Shown: one piece after another, positions 38,601-47,029 of the stretch
Layout of the letters: every line of letters begins with the position of its first letter
Numbering within the stretch: position 1 is the first letter of the stretch
Virus record (IMG/VR): IMGVR_UViG_3300025655_003289
Location: 743-64,742 of that record
From: a virus
Taxonomy: Duplodnaviria; Caudoviricetes
Direction: 5' to 3' (one strand)
Length of the DNA stretch: 64,000 bases
The notes under the pieces: generated by a model
Told to the model about the DNA's origin: nothing
The model's database searches: none
Seen by the model: the letters and a program-made list of their open reading frames with translations, nothing else
Made by a program: the position numbers and the translations under genes

Positions 38601-40885
38601 ATTCAAGAGGTATTAGACTAATAATGAATGGGGTAAACAAAATAGATGTTGACTACAGGACTCACTTAACAGGAAGAAGGTATAATGAGCTTAGGACTTT
38701 AGCGGAAAAAGACGGAGCTAGGATATTTAGCACATCTAAAGCATTCACTGAGCAAAACGGACTTGGAAGTAATCCTGAATCTAAAACAGACAGAGACAAT
38801 CTTGAGTATGTTACTGCAAATATAATTAAGAAAGCGACGGGTATAAATGTAGACGAGCAGATATCAGAGTCTACGGCTAGGCTTAATTCTGACAGAAGGA
38901 AGAAAGAGTTTAGATTTATGGCTCCTTCAGCTGATGATTTTACTGGTTTTTGGTATTCACTACTTGGTAAAGGTAAAGAGGGTGATGCTCAGAAAGCTTT
39001 CTTCAACAAGTATTTAACAGATCCGTTGAATCGCGCTTATGTGGCTATGACTCACGCTAGACAAAAGATAACAAGGGACTTTAAGGACTTGAACAAAGAA
39101 TATGAAGATGTAAAGGTTTCTATGTCTAAGGGGTCTGGCTATTTAAAATACACAAATGACCAGGCGCTTAGAGCATACTTATATTTGAAGTCTGGAAACT
39201 CAACATCGACATTAGGAATAAGTGAAGCTGACGCTAAGGCATTAGGTGATATTGTGATGTCTAACCCAAGAATGATGGAGTACGCAACTTATCTGCAGGA
39301 ATTGACAGGGACTACTGAATCATGGGTTAATCCAAAATCTAATTGGACGTTTGGCTCCATATTTGAAGACGTTGAGAGAATTATTGATGACGTAAAGAGA
39401 GCTGAGTATCTTGCTGAGTGGAAACAGAACGCAGATGCTATTTTCTCTCCGAACAACTTAAATAAGATAGAATCTCATTACGGGACAGACTTCAGGAATG
39501 CACTAGAAGATATGCTATACAGAATAGAAAAGGGGAAAGCTATACCTGAGAAGACAACTAAAGAGATGTCTGAGTTTCAGAAGTGGCTTACTGGTTCCGT
39601 TGCTGTTACGATGTTCTTTAATGCTAAATCAGCAGTACTTCAGTTAATGTCTATGACAAACTACATCAACTGGTCTGACAATAACCCTATACAAGCTGCT
39701 AAAGCATTCGCTAATATACCTCAGTTTGCTAAAGATGTAGTAAGAATATTCAATTCAGACTATCTCAAAGAAAGAAGGGGAGGGTTGAAAACGGAAGTTG
39801 AGGCCGCTGTATTAGCTAACGAACTCAGAAAGGGTGGGGTTGAAGGTTATAGAGGTTTTGTAAATAAATTGTTGCAGAAGGGATTCACTTTCACACAAAT
39901 AGGCGATAGTTTGGCTATATCTTTTGGTGGTGCTAGCTTTTATAGAAACAGGAAGAAGTCTTATATGAAAAAAGGAATGAATGAACAACAGGCTCATGAT
40001 CAAGCTTGGTTGGATTTCATTGAGGCTACTGAGCAATCTCAACAATCAGCCAGACCAGATAAATTATCAATGCAACAAACAACTAATGTTGGTCGTGTTT
40101 TCTTAGCTTTCCAAAACACGCCTATGCAATACTATAGGCTTACCACTAGAGCTGCTCAAGATTTAGCCGCTGGAAGGGGTGATAAAAGAGAGCATATAAG
40201 TAAGATAGCTTATTATTCATTTGTTCAGTCTGCAATTTTTTCTGGATTACAACAGTCGCTATTTGCATTTATGGGAGACGCTCCAGAGGATGAAGATGAC
40301 AAGGAAAAATACGACGCAGAAAAAGAGAAGAGAGTAATAAGAACTATAAATAGTGTTTTAGACACCATGTTAAGAGGGAGCGGTTTAAGAGGAGCTTATG
40401 TTGCCACAGTTAAAAATGCAATGTTAGAATTTGTTGCTCAAGAGAAAAAAGGCTATAAAGCTGATCACGCTAGGACACTTATAGAAGCATTGAACCTATC
40501 AGCTCCAATAGGCATTAAAGCTAGGACATTGTATCAGGGCGCTTACATGAACTACAAATACAACAAAGATATTGTAGAGGATATGGGCTTTGATATTGAT
40601 AACCCAGCATATGATATCGTAGGAAGTTTACTATCGGCTGGCGTTAATATTCCCATGGATAAAGTAATAAACGATATAAGACAATTGAAAGAAGCAGCTG
40701 ATTCTGACAATGACGCATGGCAAAGAGTTGCATTACTTTTAGGATGGAGCACTTGGAATCTTGGAATGGAAAATGAAAAGATTGAAAAATTAAAAGAGCA
40801 AAAGACGAAAGAGAAAAAAGAGGAAGCCAAAAAGAAGCGCCAAAGTAGATCTGGATGGGGTAAAAAATCAAAAAGTGGCTGGTAA
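32666..40885 (+). CDS. Giant multidomain ejection (polyvalent-type) protein with zincin HExxH and a sigma2-like segment
   Basis: 2739 aa. N-terminal KLYxAL...YTKSFDxFKTQFG repeated twice, HEVGH at aa 1048, GLAHRLKTYDP...LNGYL near aa 1305-1325. Confidence 0.7.
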   Translation: MEKLYQALYSSGKYTKSFDEFKTQFGTEEGAKKLYSALNSKGSYTKSFDDFKTQFGFEFKGALVDQEPTAAESKTEQPSFEDQYAAMSEEMMKQYTPQQAKTEPQDAGATVEEGVAPGTELSSGDGSSDSQEEYVDSDTAIADFYIKDGKKIPLTAEEYKDISFISKDFDYTLGDSYIIKGPGLGENGVSYNKKEIIEAANQYNMSPSAYLQSFINNPKYGVSVKQGGQTGGLEVPETVISAKAPEITRSETYTEYVDTPKGTIPVERTKTVSVNDEVEKYKNDVLDPIDNEIRRKQDEINSLLTDAYESQNESESKKIQGKIDELYVEKESLNQKREKEIGYFMRNYSEVEQKVVSNLLMSDTQSNIDKALGLKSKLDLKRKALSDFRDDNNIELLVGQLKGFDSQLLDIEKKIKSATSESEARVLLGEFMDIYKSPAYENLYNKLSTIGRVRDELIKDNTELMSMTDDVNLEENIKKAAATDYKKSSMALRDVDRFLGKTMIGLSVITPFVSTEEKDKLEAEITAAFDERWKNVAQPLNLDDFKSGKVSFGDYIGEVLASNAASTVGSVMMYALPGGQVIAPTIFGLSQAGQKKSDLKYYNRMIDAQMEQLKKSLENPDNKDNQDEIISEIDKLEQLKYTDNDIFYSAVMSGVIEGGITRLAGALGTGQLKIPGAGRLFEGTKIGKAFYDPSKLKLLKKGGGMTLGELSEEYPIAYLDKTLVDNLWLGQGRSASKIWQDISDITTWDMTANILINSGGSGLAFGSISAMSPLVNNARENARRREQFGKLMNYKNILNDRSLDYGQRMEADKEYKKLLAEISINEQNAWARMLSLSSEEFQEVYDLTYKKAQVKNKVAELTRKQITQGDKVQNKNVQSILTDLDNEYRGYDDRISELIDQKDGDLKAKDFLYMANYQAALGVSKAKSGRNFFKMGDAYMDLVNAANDVQLKIERGEQVDQNEINNIAEQLASRLENDNMFMNVPEKSRINFIESIRKSPRTAFEVLTANANANHGITFVNDSKIKSVIKDEKLSEFDKTMAAIAPKHEVGHHYMTVKNIENMDESIIDRAYEDLKNKINRKIYKNRNRALSNEVEERIKTYEAIAGGNKKLKFEELMNLYSDLNSIGFINDSDIDSSFRFKDLFRIGQKDLFGELDSAAESSDINSSIMNHLRSFEGFWKSKNNLSGGLSRGNGSLLSVGEKRAMYDKMFRSGEIDMDQYTDAIMKIADEQEKSPSSWKSVFNEAQETMDLNNKTEILNRPKVRKALKQLIEYNAKDVIGAAKISEYEKESFIDDVIDGWGGKTGLAHRLKTYDPSLKKLNGYLTDKVRQEALNLANSTKYKKEQYDVRTDDYEAGYDIAYQDNFDEAFDHRIFDEGDVLIDPISIFKDKAFESKASAEVRSKFNTSEKAKMFFGDTSNLVTESLSEKFQIREERFLKETGQLNADELNSSAKIIFDAAEDIYNILPDANYVLDPASAEGRGISVNMKRLLLDNFYEVDLTRPEVNPNTGRLKREFEEGVAKTGKKVTGASSGVVKFKKQFNKGEFLSMLGINEDGTNNSFRGKSDEANLRLAVLRQIGKLITNTEGRKIMEEMGVPTQMIVDFGAGRSSSMLSAGKAFTRSKFKFVDSELNITEENIRETIESLDSDEDLYRYGNYMMSQMMNDEKLSDMFFKMVLKLYELKATRSKAQTLLTMHPGIKGIFNKKGVDAKSVLIGLAEIYNNKKDSRILSEYSQKAYNVISNLINDTGLSIDIAKYIFHFDAENKSSVGSGKFDVSEKTSKYAEKTKEEFNKFREEGIDNKLFFSNKLSSEINKYLRETVGQDNETRLKHVEGLIEKAKKYNSLKLNIRNTVISGLHDMLSDPNLTPEQYTEAVAYATYALINTGSGTKNLVEISKDHSMISENTLIRGDKSTLSVIEKKKQNPKVKHQPYVQIEHAVTTSSYDVQAAMSAITGKIPSNNYRYRGGVVDASYSRNVDSRGIRLIMNGVNKIDVDYRTHLTGRRYNELRTLAEKDGARIFSTSKAFTEQNGLGSNPESKTDRDNLEYVTANIIKKATGINVDEQISESTARLNSDRRKKEFRFMAPSADDFTGFWYSLLGKGKEGDAQKAFFNKYLTDPLNRAYVAMTHARQKITRDFKDLNKEYEDVKVSMSKGSGYLKYTNDQALRAYLYLKSGNSTSTLGISEADAKALGDIVMSNPRMMEYATYLQELTGTTESWVNPKSNWTFGSIFEDVERIIDDVKRAEYLAEWKQNADAIFSPNNLNKIESHYGTDFRNALEDMLYRIEKGKAIPEKTTKEMSEFQKWLTGSVAVTMFFNAKSAVLQLMSMTNYINWSDNNPIQAAKAFANIPQFAKDVVRIFNSDYLKERRGGLKTEVEAAVLANELRKGGVEGYRGFVNKLLQKGFTFTQIGDSLAISFGGASFYRNRKKSYMKKGMNEQQAHDQAWLDFIEATEQSQQSARPDKLSMQQTTNVGRVFLAFQNTPMQYYRLTTRAAQDLAAGRGDKREHISKIAYYSFVQSAIFSGLQQSLFAFMGDAPEDEDDKEKYDAEKEKRVIRTINSVLDTMLRGSGLRGAYVATVKNAMLEFVAQEKKGYKADHARTLIEALNLSAPIGIKARTLYQGAYMNYKYNKDIVEDMGFDIDNPAYDIVGSLLSAGVNIPMDKVINDIRQLKEAADSDNDAWQRVALLLGWSTWNLGMENEKIEKLKEQKTKEKKEEAKKKRQSRSGWGKKSKSGW

Positions 40886-40895
40886 ATAAATAAAT

Positions 40896-41033
40896 ATGGC
40901 TAAGAAAGATGCTTGCTACAGCAAAGTAAAAAGAAGATATAAAGTATTTCCATCGGCTTATGCTTCAGGTGCAATAGCTAAATGCCGTAAGGTTGGAGCT
41001 AGTAACTGGGGTAATAAATCTAAAAAGAAATAA
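40896..41033 (+). CDS. Small basic protein (45 aa)
   Basis: Hand translation MAKKDACYSKVKRRYKVFPSAYASGAIAKCRKVGASNWGNKSKKK. Confidence 0.7.
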   Translation: MAKKDACYSKVKRRYKVFPSAYASGAIAKCRKVGASNWGNKSKKK

Positions 41034-41308
41034 TGGCTGTACGCAAGACTGAAAAAGGATTAGATCTTAAACGCTGGTTCAAAGAAGAATGGACAGATGT
41101 TAGAACTGGTAAGGCTTGTGGTAGGTCTGAAGGAGAAAAAAGAGGAACTCCGTATTGCAGACCTAAAAAGAGAGTGTCTAAAGATACGCCTAAGACAGTA
41201 GGTGAAATGTCTGCATCGGAAAAGAGATCAAGAATAAATCAAAAAAAGAGATTAGGGCAACCTGCCGGAAAACCGAGGCGGGTAAAATCATTAAAAAGAA
41301 AGAAATGA
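41033..41308 (+). CDS. Small basic protein
   Basis: LKRWFKEEW...CGR...PYCRP...TPKT, coupled to the previous ORF. Confidence 0.7.
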   Translation: MAVRKTEKGLDLKRWFKEEWTDVRTGKACGRSEGEKRGTPYCRPKKRVSKDTPKTVGEMSASEKRSRINQKKRLGQPAGKPRRVKSLKRKK

Positions 41309-41481
41309 CAAATATACAAGATATAAAAATACTTGCTCTAAATGCGGCTACTTTTCTTTTATCTTTTTCAAATATCGAGACAGTATTGAAGATAATGCTA
41401 TTACTTATATCAATAGGGTATACCGCTACGAAGTGGTATGAATTATATCGTAATAAAAAAAAATCTGAGGATGAGGTTTAG
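41305..41481 (+). CDS. Putative holin (58 aa)
   Basis: Hand translation MTNIQDIKILALNAATFLLSFSNIETVLKIMLLLISIGYTATKWYELYRNKKKSEDEV. Two hydrophobic segments and a charged tail, overlapping the endolysin start. Confidence 0.65.
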   Translation: MTNIQDIKILALNAATFLLSFSNIETVLKIMLLLISIGYTATKWYELYRNKKKSEDEV

Positions 41482-41839
41482 GTATTTTAAATACAGTGAA
41501 TTTGATTCCCCTGATGAACCTGGAAGCGGGGAGAAATATATGTCGAATAAACTAATCATGATGCTTGATTTAGTCAGGAAAGATTATGGAAGACCAATTA
41601 GAATTAACTCAGGATACAGGACTGAGGCTCATAATGCAAAGGTTGGAGGTGTAGCAGATTCTCCACATTTGTCAGGAGTGGCTGTAGACATAAAAGTAAA
41701 TAACAGCCGGGAGAGATATGAATTATTGGCATCATTATTAAAACATAATTTCCATCGCATCGGCATAGGAAATACGTTCATACATGTTGATATTGATGAA
41801 ACTAAAGACCCAGATGTTATCTGGTTATATAATGAATAA
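41471..41839 (+). CDS. Endolysin, peptidase M15 family
   Basis: INSGYR..HN..VGG..SPH..G.AVDI...FIHVD. Likely start at MRFRYF. Confidence 0.85.
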   Translation: MRFRYFKYSEFDSPDEPGSGEKYMSNKLIMMLDLVRKDYGRPIRINSGYRTEAHNAKVGGVADSPHLSGVAVDIKVNNSRERYELLASLLKHNFHRIGIGNTFIHVDIDETKDPDVIWLYNE

Positions 41840-41875
41840 AAAAAGGGAGCCCGTCAAGGCCCCCTTTCTTCATTT
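41838..41875. terminator. Bidirectional terminator at the convergence of the two arms
   Basis: A-run, GGGAGCC-cgtcaa-GGCCCCC imperfect hairpin, TTTCTT. Confidence 0.65.
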
Positions 41876-41884
41876 TAATACCTA

Positions 41885-44431
41885 CTAGAACGTATATTTC
41901 AAAGATGCGTTCCAAGTGCGACCGAATCCAAACCATACTGAATTGCGAACATCAACACCTTTCCAGGTCATCGCATTGCCATCAGCGTGAATATTTGTTT
42001 CAGATTCAGAGATGTATACTGTGTTAAACAAGTTGTTAATATTAACACGAGCTGTAACTTTGTTTCCAAATAGAGTATATCTAGATGTAAATCCTAAATC
42101 AGCTAAACCATATGAAGGAAGCTTAACAGCTCCAGCGTTATCAGGTTTAGTAAATACAGCATCAGTAGGAGCATAATCAGCGTAAAGATTACCAGCTGTA
42201 CGATAACTAGCATCTACAGTAACCTTTCCAATTCCTATGTCGCCTAAGTAATAATCCGCACCAAAGTAAGTAGTGAACTGAGCCGCATCACCTACTTTAG
42301 CGTCTTTCAAATAAAGAACTCCTTCACCAATCTCTTGTTGATTTGCATCAAACAAAGTGGCTTTAAAGTCCTTGGTGTATCTCCAATCTCCAACAGAAAT
42401 ACTACCTTGTAGTTTTAGTTTAGATACTGGGCGATACGTACCTTCAATTTCAATTCCCTTGTGATTCTCACTTACATCTTTAAATTGGGCAGTTCCTTGG
42501 TCTCCTTGGGCATTAAACAATGAACGACTAACAAATCTGTTACCCCAAGACGTAGCATAAGCATTTACATTAACACTTAGCTTGTCAGTCTTGTATCCAT
42601 ATCCAACTTCAAAAGAACGAATCTTCTCATTGCGCAAATCAGGGTTAACCTCATTTGCATAATTAGGGAATACAGCGTCAAACTGAGGCTGACGATTAAT
42701 TAATCCAGTGTTGAAAAATACATTTGATTTATCATTAATATTGTAATTAGCACCAGTTTTTAAATAACCACCACCTTGATTTGCTTTGTCAGAAACTGGA
42801 TTTCCAGGTTGGTCAAAGTAATCCTCACGTTTGAAAGATTGATTTGATTTACCAAACTGCAACACAGCGTTTACTCTATTGTCTTCACTAGTATGTTCAA
42901 CCATACCGTTAACACCTTGCCATCCAACAATTCCTATGTTATAATAATCAATCATAGGACCTTTAAGCCCTGTATTTTTAAACGGGGAAGCCTCAACAGT
43001 AGCTTCAACAATCTGACCAGCGGAGTTTTTGTTTCCAGTCGAGTAATAGCCATCAAGACCAAGAAGGTCGTTAAGAACACGATAGTGGTAACCTTTATAA
43101 GAACGTAAATCAATCCCGATAGAAGCACGAAATCCATCTCCTAAATCTTTTTCTAAATTAGAAATAGCACCAACCCAGTCATGAGAGTTCATTGAAGCCC
43201 TACGAACAAGTACGGCACGATTAACACCATCATCCCTATAACCATTTGAACCAATCAACATACCTCCAAACTTAGATATAGATCCACTGTAGGGATTTGT
43301 TGTAGATTGATTAACCTCAACTGCTTTGTCAAAATTAATAAATCCATTTCTGTCACGAGTACCACGGCCATTCGCTAAATACTGCTCGGTCAAATCCTTG
43401 TTGAAAGGATAATAATCAATCTCTGCATTTCTAAAGTTACCACCACGAGGGCCAGTACCTCCTCCGCGTCCAGCAGAGCCGTACAGAGACGTGTTAAGAC
43501 TTGTGGTGGAGTTGATGTCCCAATCCCAGTTTAACGTAGCTAGTGGCTTATTATAAAAATTCCTACGCATATTGTACTCCTCGCCATTCAGGAAACCAGC
43601 ATCGGTGTTCCATCTTTGGTCAATCTTTCCTGGAGTTCCAAAATTAATGTAATCACGTATTGAAACCCAAGAGCTACGTTGGTGATGCCATTGTCCTGCA
43701 CCCAAGATAGATAGATTCAAGGAGTGATTAGAGTCCTTAGGAGCATACCCTAACGCAAAGAAATACGTTAAGCCTTCTCCCGATGTTCCGTAAACATAAC
43801 CGTCTCCAGCCCATTTACTCAACAACACTGAGGATGCCCATCCAGAGTCGCTCAGACCTGTGTTGTACACTGCGGATGTTTTTGTGTATCCATCATTTCC
43901 AAACGTTTGAGAGAACGAACCTCCCTCTGACAAATCAGCTGTTTTAGTTAAGATGGATACCGTACCACCTACAGATGGAACAGCTAATCTAGATGCTCCA
44001 AGGCCACGTTGAATCTGAATACCAGAAGCAACATCGGTAAGTCCCTGCCAGTTAGACCAATACACCCATCCATTCTCCATATCATTGACTGGTTGTCCGT
44101 TGATAAGAAATGATGTGTTGCGTTGGTCGAAACCGCGTAATGTGATTCGGGAATCTCCATAACCACCACCTTGCTTTGTGGCGTAAACACTTGGAGTACT
44201 TTTCATAATTTCAGGAAACTCTTGATTCCCTACTTTTAATGAAATCTCATTCGAAGAGATTGTCGACACCGCAACGGGGGTTGCCCGTTCTTTTGCGATG
44301 TCAATAATCCTAGAGGATACTGTAACCTCATTTAGTTTCTCTACCAAGATAATCGTTGAGTCTTGGTCTTTTTCTTGAGCGGTTATTGAAGCCGTCCAGA
44401 TTAATGATAAAATAAACAAAAGTTTCTTCAT
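41885..44431 (-). CDS. TonB-dependent outer-membrane receptor (intact)
   Basis: Signal peptide MKKLLFILSLIWTASITAQ, TonB-box-like LNEVTVS, plug ITLRGF...INGQPVND...IQIQRG...GGTVSI, barrel end NINNLFN...FGRTWNASLKYTF. Confidence 0.92.
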   Translation of the reverse strand: MKKLLFILSLIWTASITAQEKDQDSTIILVEKLNEVTVSSRIIDIAKERATPVAVSTISSNEISLKVGNQEFPEIMKSTPSVYATKQGGGYGDSRITLRGFDQRNTSFLINGQPVNDMENGWVYWSNWQGLTDVASGIQIQRGLGASRLAVPSVGGTVSILTKTADLSEGGSFSQTFGNDGYTKTSAVYNTGLSDSGWASSVLLSKWAGDGYVYGTSGEGLTYFFALGYAPKDSNHSLNLSILGAGQWHHQRSSWVSIRDYINFGTPGKIDQRWNTDAGFLNGEEYNMRRNFYNKPLATLNWDWDINSTTSLNTSLYGSAGRGGGTGPRGGNFRNAEIDYYPFNKDLTEQYLANGRGTRDRNGFINFDKAVEVNQSTTNPYSGSISKFGGMLIGSNGYRDDGVNRAVLVRRASMNSHDWVGAISNLEKDLGDGFRASIGIDLRSYKGYHYRVLNDLLGLDGYYSTGNKNSAGQIVEATVEASPFKNTGLKGPMIDYYNIGIVGWQGVNGMVEHTSEDNRVNAVLQFGKSNQSFKREDYFDQPGNPVSDKANQGGGYLKTGANYNINDKSNVFFNTGLINRQPQFDAVFPNYANEVNPDLRNEKIRSFEVGYGYKTDKLSVNVNAYATSWGNRFVSRSLFNAQGDQGTAQFKDVSENHKGIEIEGTYRPVSKLKLQGSISVGDWRYTKDFKATLFDANQQEIGEGVLYLKDAKVGDAAQFTTYFGADYYLGDIGIGKVTVDASYRTAGNLYADYAPTDAVFTKPDNAGAVKLPSYGLADLGFTSRYTLFGNKVTARVNINNLFNTVYISESETNIHADGNAMTWKGVDVRNSVWFGFGRTWNASLKYTF

Positions 44432-44468
44432 AAGAATATATAATGGTTAATAATTAAATAAAACAATA

Positions 44469-46253
44469 CTACCCGTCACAAGACAAGCAATCTGGATTCA
44501 TTGCCTTCATTGCAATATCACCCCTTAAAACTGATTCTGTACGCATATAATATAACGTCTTAACGCCTTTCTTCCAAGCGTCTAAATGAACTTGGTTAAT
44601 CCATTTAGGAGTTGCTTCTGAAGGGAACGCAAGATTTAGAGATACGGATTGGTCGATGTACTGTTGGCGTATTCCAGCTTGATTAACTAACTCAAGTTGA
44701 TTAATCTCTTTGAATGTCTTAAATACGTCTTTAACAGCTTCGAATCCTTCAAGCTTAATCTTTTCAAGTGTACTCTCTTGGATATCAGCAATAGACTGCA
44801 ATCCACGAGGAGTAAAAACATAATCATCTAGCTCTTTTATTCCTTGAACAGAACCCTTGTCTTCTAATATTTTATCCCATATGGCTTTCGTATTTAAACC
44901 AATATCATCTAAAACCTTTTCAAGCTCTGGGTTCTTTCGAATAAACGTTCCCTTAGCAGATTGTTCCGTAAATAGATTAGCGGCCCAAGGCTCAATACCC
45001 GGAGAAACATTACCCGAAAGCTTTGAGTTTGATACTGTAGGAGCGATTGCTCGTAAGTGAGTATTTCTAAATCCTGTATCTCTACACCATAGCGGCTCTC
45101 CATAAATCTTCGCAAGGTCTCTTGAGGCTCGTTCCGATTCAATCTTAATCTGGCTGAAAATCTTTCTTGTTTCGAACTGCGCTCGAAGACCCTCAAAAGG
45201 TATTCCCCTTTGTTGTAGATAAGTATGCCATCCCAAAACTCCAAGCCCCAAAGCTCTCCCTTTTTCCGCGCTGCGGACACTATTCTCAAAACCTTTAAGC
45301 CCTTTCGCCCTCTGAATAAATTCTTCAAGTACACCATCCAAAAACCAAATAGAGTGGTATACCAAGTCAGTGTCTTTCCATTCATTATATTTAGCTAAAT
45401 TTACTGAACTAAGGCAACACACAAAACTATGGGTTTCATCCGTATGTAGTGTTATCTCGGAACAGATGTTAGTCATGTGTACTTTTAATCCGTTTGTTCT
45501 ATATGCTTCTGGATTCGCTTTGTTAGTGTTTCCTTTAAAAAGGATATATGGTTCTCCAGTTGCTTTACGCTTTTGGAGAAGCTTACCCCATTTCCTTCTC
45601 GCATCGATATCTCCTCCTTCAAGTCTTCGCATAAACTTATCTCCGATAACAACACATTGGTGAAGGTTGAGAGATTGTCTATTGACATCCCCTTTTGGCT
45701 CTCTGATTTCAAGAAAGCTTTCAAAGTCGTCGTGGTCAATGTTGAGATTAACTGACGCAGCCCCTCGTCTGACAGACCCTTGTGAGGTTGCAAGTATTGT
45801 TGAATCATATATCTTACAAAATGGAACAACACCATCTGATGTTCCGTTATTAGTTATTTTAGCTCCCGCAGGACGTATCATATTAATACCTACGCCAACA
45901 CCGCCTCCGTGTTTGGCAAGTATCATCATCTCCAGATTCTTAGATCCAATCTCTTGGATACTATCTCCGACATCTATTCCGAAACAAGATATAGGAAGAC
46001 CTCTGTCTGTTCCTGTGTTAGATAATACTGGAGAGGCTAGATTTAACCAGCCTTTCCAGATATAATCAAAGAAGATAGAAGCCATCTCAGGCTTATATAA
46101 TCTCTTAGCTACAGTAGTGGCAACTCTCTCATACGCATCCTTAGGAGTCTCCCACGGCAGAAGATACCCACCAATTATTGTTTTCTTGTACACTTCAGTG
46201 TCTCCCCATTCAGGATAGTCAATCCCAACCTTCCAGTTCTCGTTCCAAGTCAT
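44469..46253 (-). CDS. nrdA: Ribonucleotide reductase class I alpha subunit (short, no ATP cone)
   Basis: PISCF, TNICSEI, CCLSSVNL, AIAPT, KTLYY, C-terminal CLSC. Confidence 0.93.
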   Translation of the reverse strand: MTWNENWKVGIDYPEWGDTEVYKKTIIGGYLLPWETPKDAYERVATTVAKRLYKPEMASIFFDYIWKGWLNLASPVLSNTGTDRGLPISCFGIDVGDSIQEIGSKNLEMMILAKHGGGVGVGINMIRPAGAKITNNGTSDGVVPFCKIYDSTILATSQGSVRRGAASVNLNIDHDDFESFLEIREPKGDVNRQSLNLHQCVVIGDKFMRRLEGGDIDARRKWGKLLQKRKATGEPYILFKGNTNKANPEAYRTNGLKVHMTNICSEITLHTDETHSFVCCLSSVNLAKYNEWKDTDLVYHSIWFLDGVLEEFIQRAKGLKGFENSVRSAEKGRALGLGVLGWHTYLQQRGIPFEGLRAQFETRKIFSQIKIESERASRDLAKIYGEPLWCRDTGFRNTHLRAIAPTVSNSKLSGNVSPGIEPWAANLFTEQSAKGTFIRKNPELEKVLDDIGLNTKAIWDKILEDKGSVQGIKELDDYVFTPRGLQSIADIQESTLEKIKLEGFEAVKDVFKTFKEINQLELVNQAGIRQQYIDQSVSLNLAFPSEATPKWINQVHLDAWKKGVKTLYYMRTESVLRGDIAMKAMNPDCLSCDG

Positions 46254-46404
46254 ATTTTTTTGTTATATTAGGTTCTACTATTTCGTATCTATGTCCATCC
46301 TTGTACCACTGTGTACTCTTATCGTCGAGTCTCCTCCATTTCCAGTTAGGCACTTTTTTACAAAGCACCCATAATAATTCCTCGTTATTTTCCATATAAT
46401 TCAA
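46219..46404 (-). CDS. Hypothetical protein
   Basis: 61-aa ORF between thyX and nrdA. Confidence 0.45.
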   Translation of the reverse strand: MNYMENNEELLWVLCKKVPNWKWRRLDDKSTQWYKDGHRYEIVEPNITKKYDLERELEGWD

Positions 46405-47029
46405 ATGCTCTTAACGTATATCGAAACGGATTTCCTTCAATATTCTTAACAAGGGATAACATCTCTTGCGCAATTTCTCTAATCTCTTTTTGAGCGTGTT
46501 CACTATTTCTAAGTTTTAAAAAGTTTGCAAAGCTTCTCATATTAAACATAACATCGGACTGAATCTGAGAGTTGTAAGCTTTGAAAAACCTAGCAGACTC
46601 TTTAGCCCTTTTCCTGCCCAATGGACCAGATAACTCATTCAGACATTCGTGATACAACTTATTACTAAGCTGACTAAATGTGTCAAGCCTCTCTATCCAA
46701 TCATCTGGCCAGTCTTCCGGAATATAAGATTTATCTTCCTTCAATTCCTTATATCTAGCTGATTCGGCATTTAGAGAAGATATGCGGTGCTTTAATAGAT
46801 GTATATGACTGGCAATATCACAATCAACAAGAAAGTGCACTGTACCTTTCTCAAATGGCGTCTCGTGACCATGAGACCACAACATATCTATCAATGCAGG
46901 GATACGCTCCCTTTTTTCATCTGTCAAATCTCTTGATGTCGATGTCCAAGCACTACAAGCTATAACCTCGTCACTGCCATAATAACCTAATAATTCAACT
47001 TTATTTTCTCCTACCATAGTTCTTCCCAA
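46385..47029 (-). CDS. thyX: FAD-dependent thymidylate synthase
   Basis: GHETPFE, KHRISSLNAESARY, LRNSEHAQKEIR. Confidence 0.9.
   Translation of the reverse strand: MGRTMVGENKVELLGYYGSDEVIACSAWTSTSRDLTDEKRERIPALIDMLWSHGHETPFEKGTVHFLVDCDIASHIHLLKHRISSLNAESARYKELKEDKSYIPEDWPDDWIERLDTFSQLSNKLYHECLNELSGPLGRKRAKESARFFKAYNSQIQSDVMFNMRSFANFLKLRNSEHAQKEIREIAQEMLSLVKNIEGNPFRYTLRAFELYGK

Noticed and set aside
40580-40605. GFDID in the giant protein as the crAss-like virion RNAP motif DFDID
   Set aside because: The first Asp is missing, it lies about 100 aa from the C-terminus in a helical region, and no other RNAP motifs were seen.
41885-44431. TBDR as host DNA at a prophage boundary
   Set aside because: It is flanked on both sides by phage genes with tight spacing, and no integrase, att site or further host genes are present.
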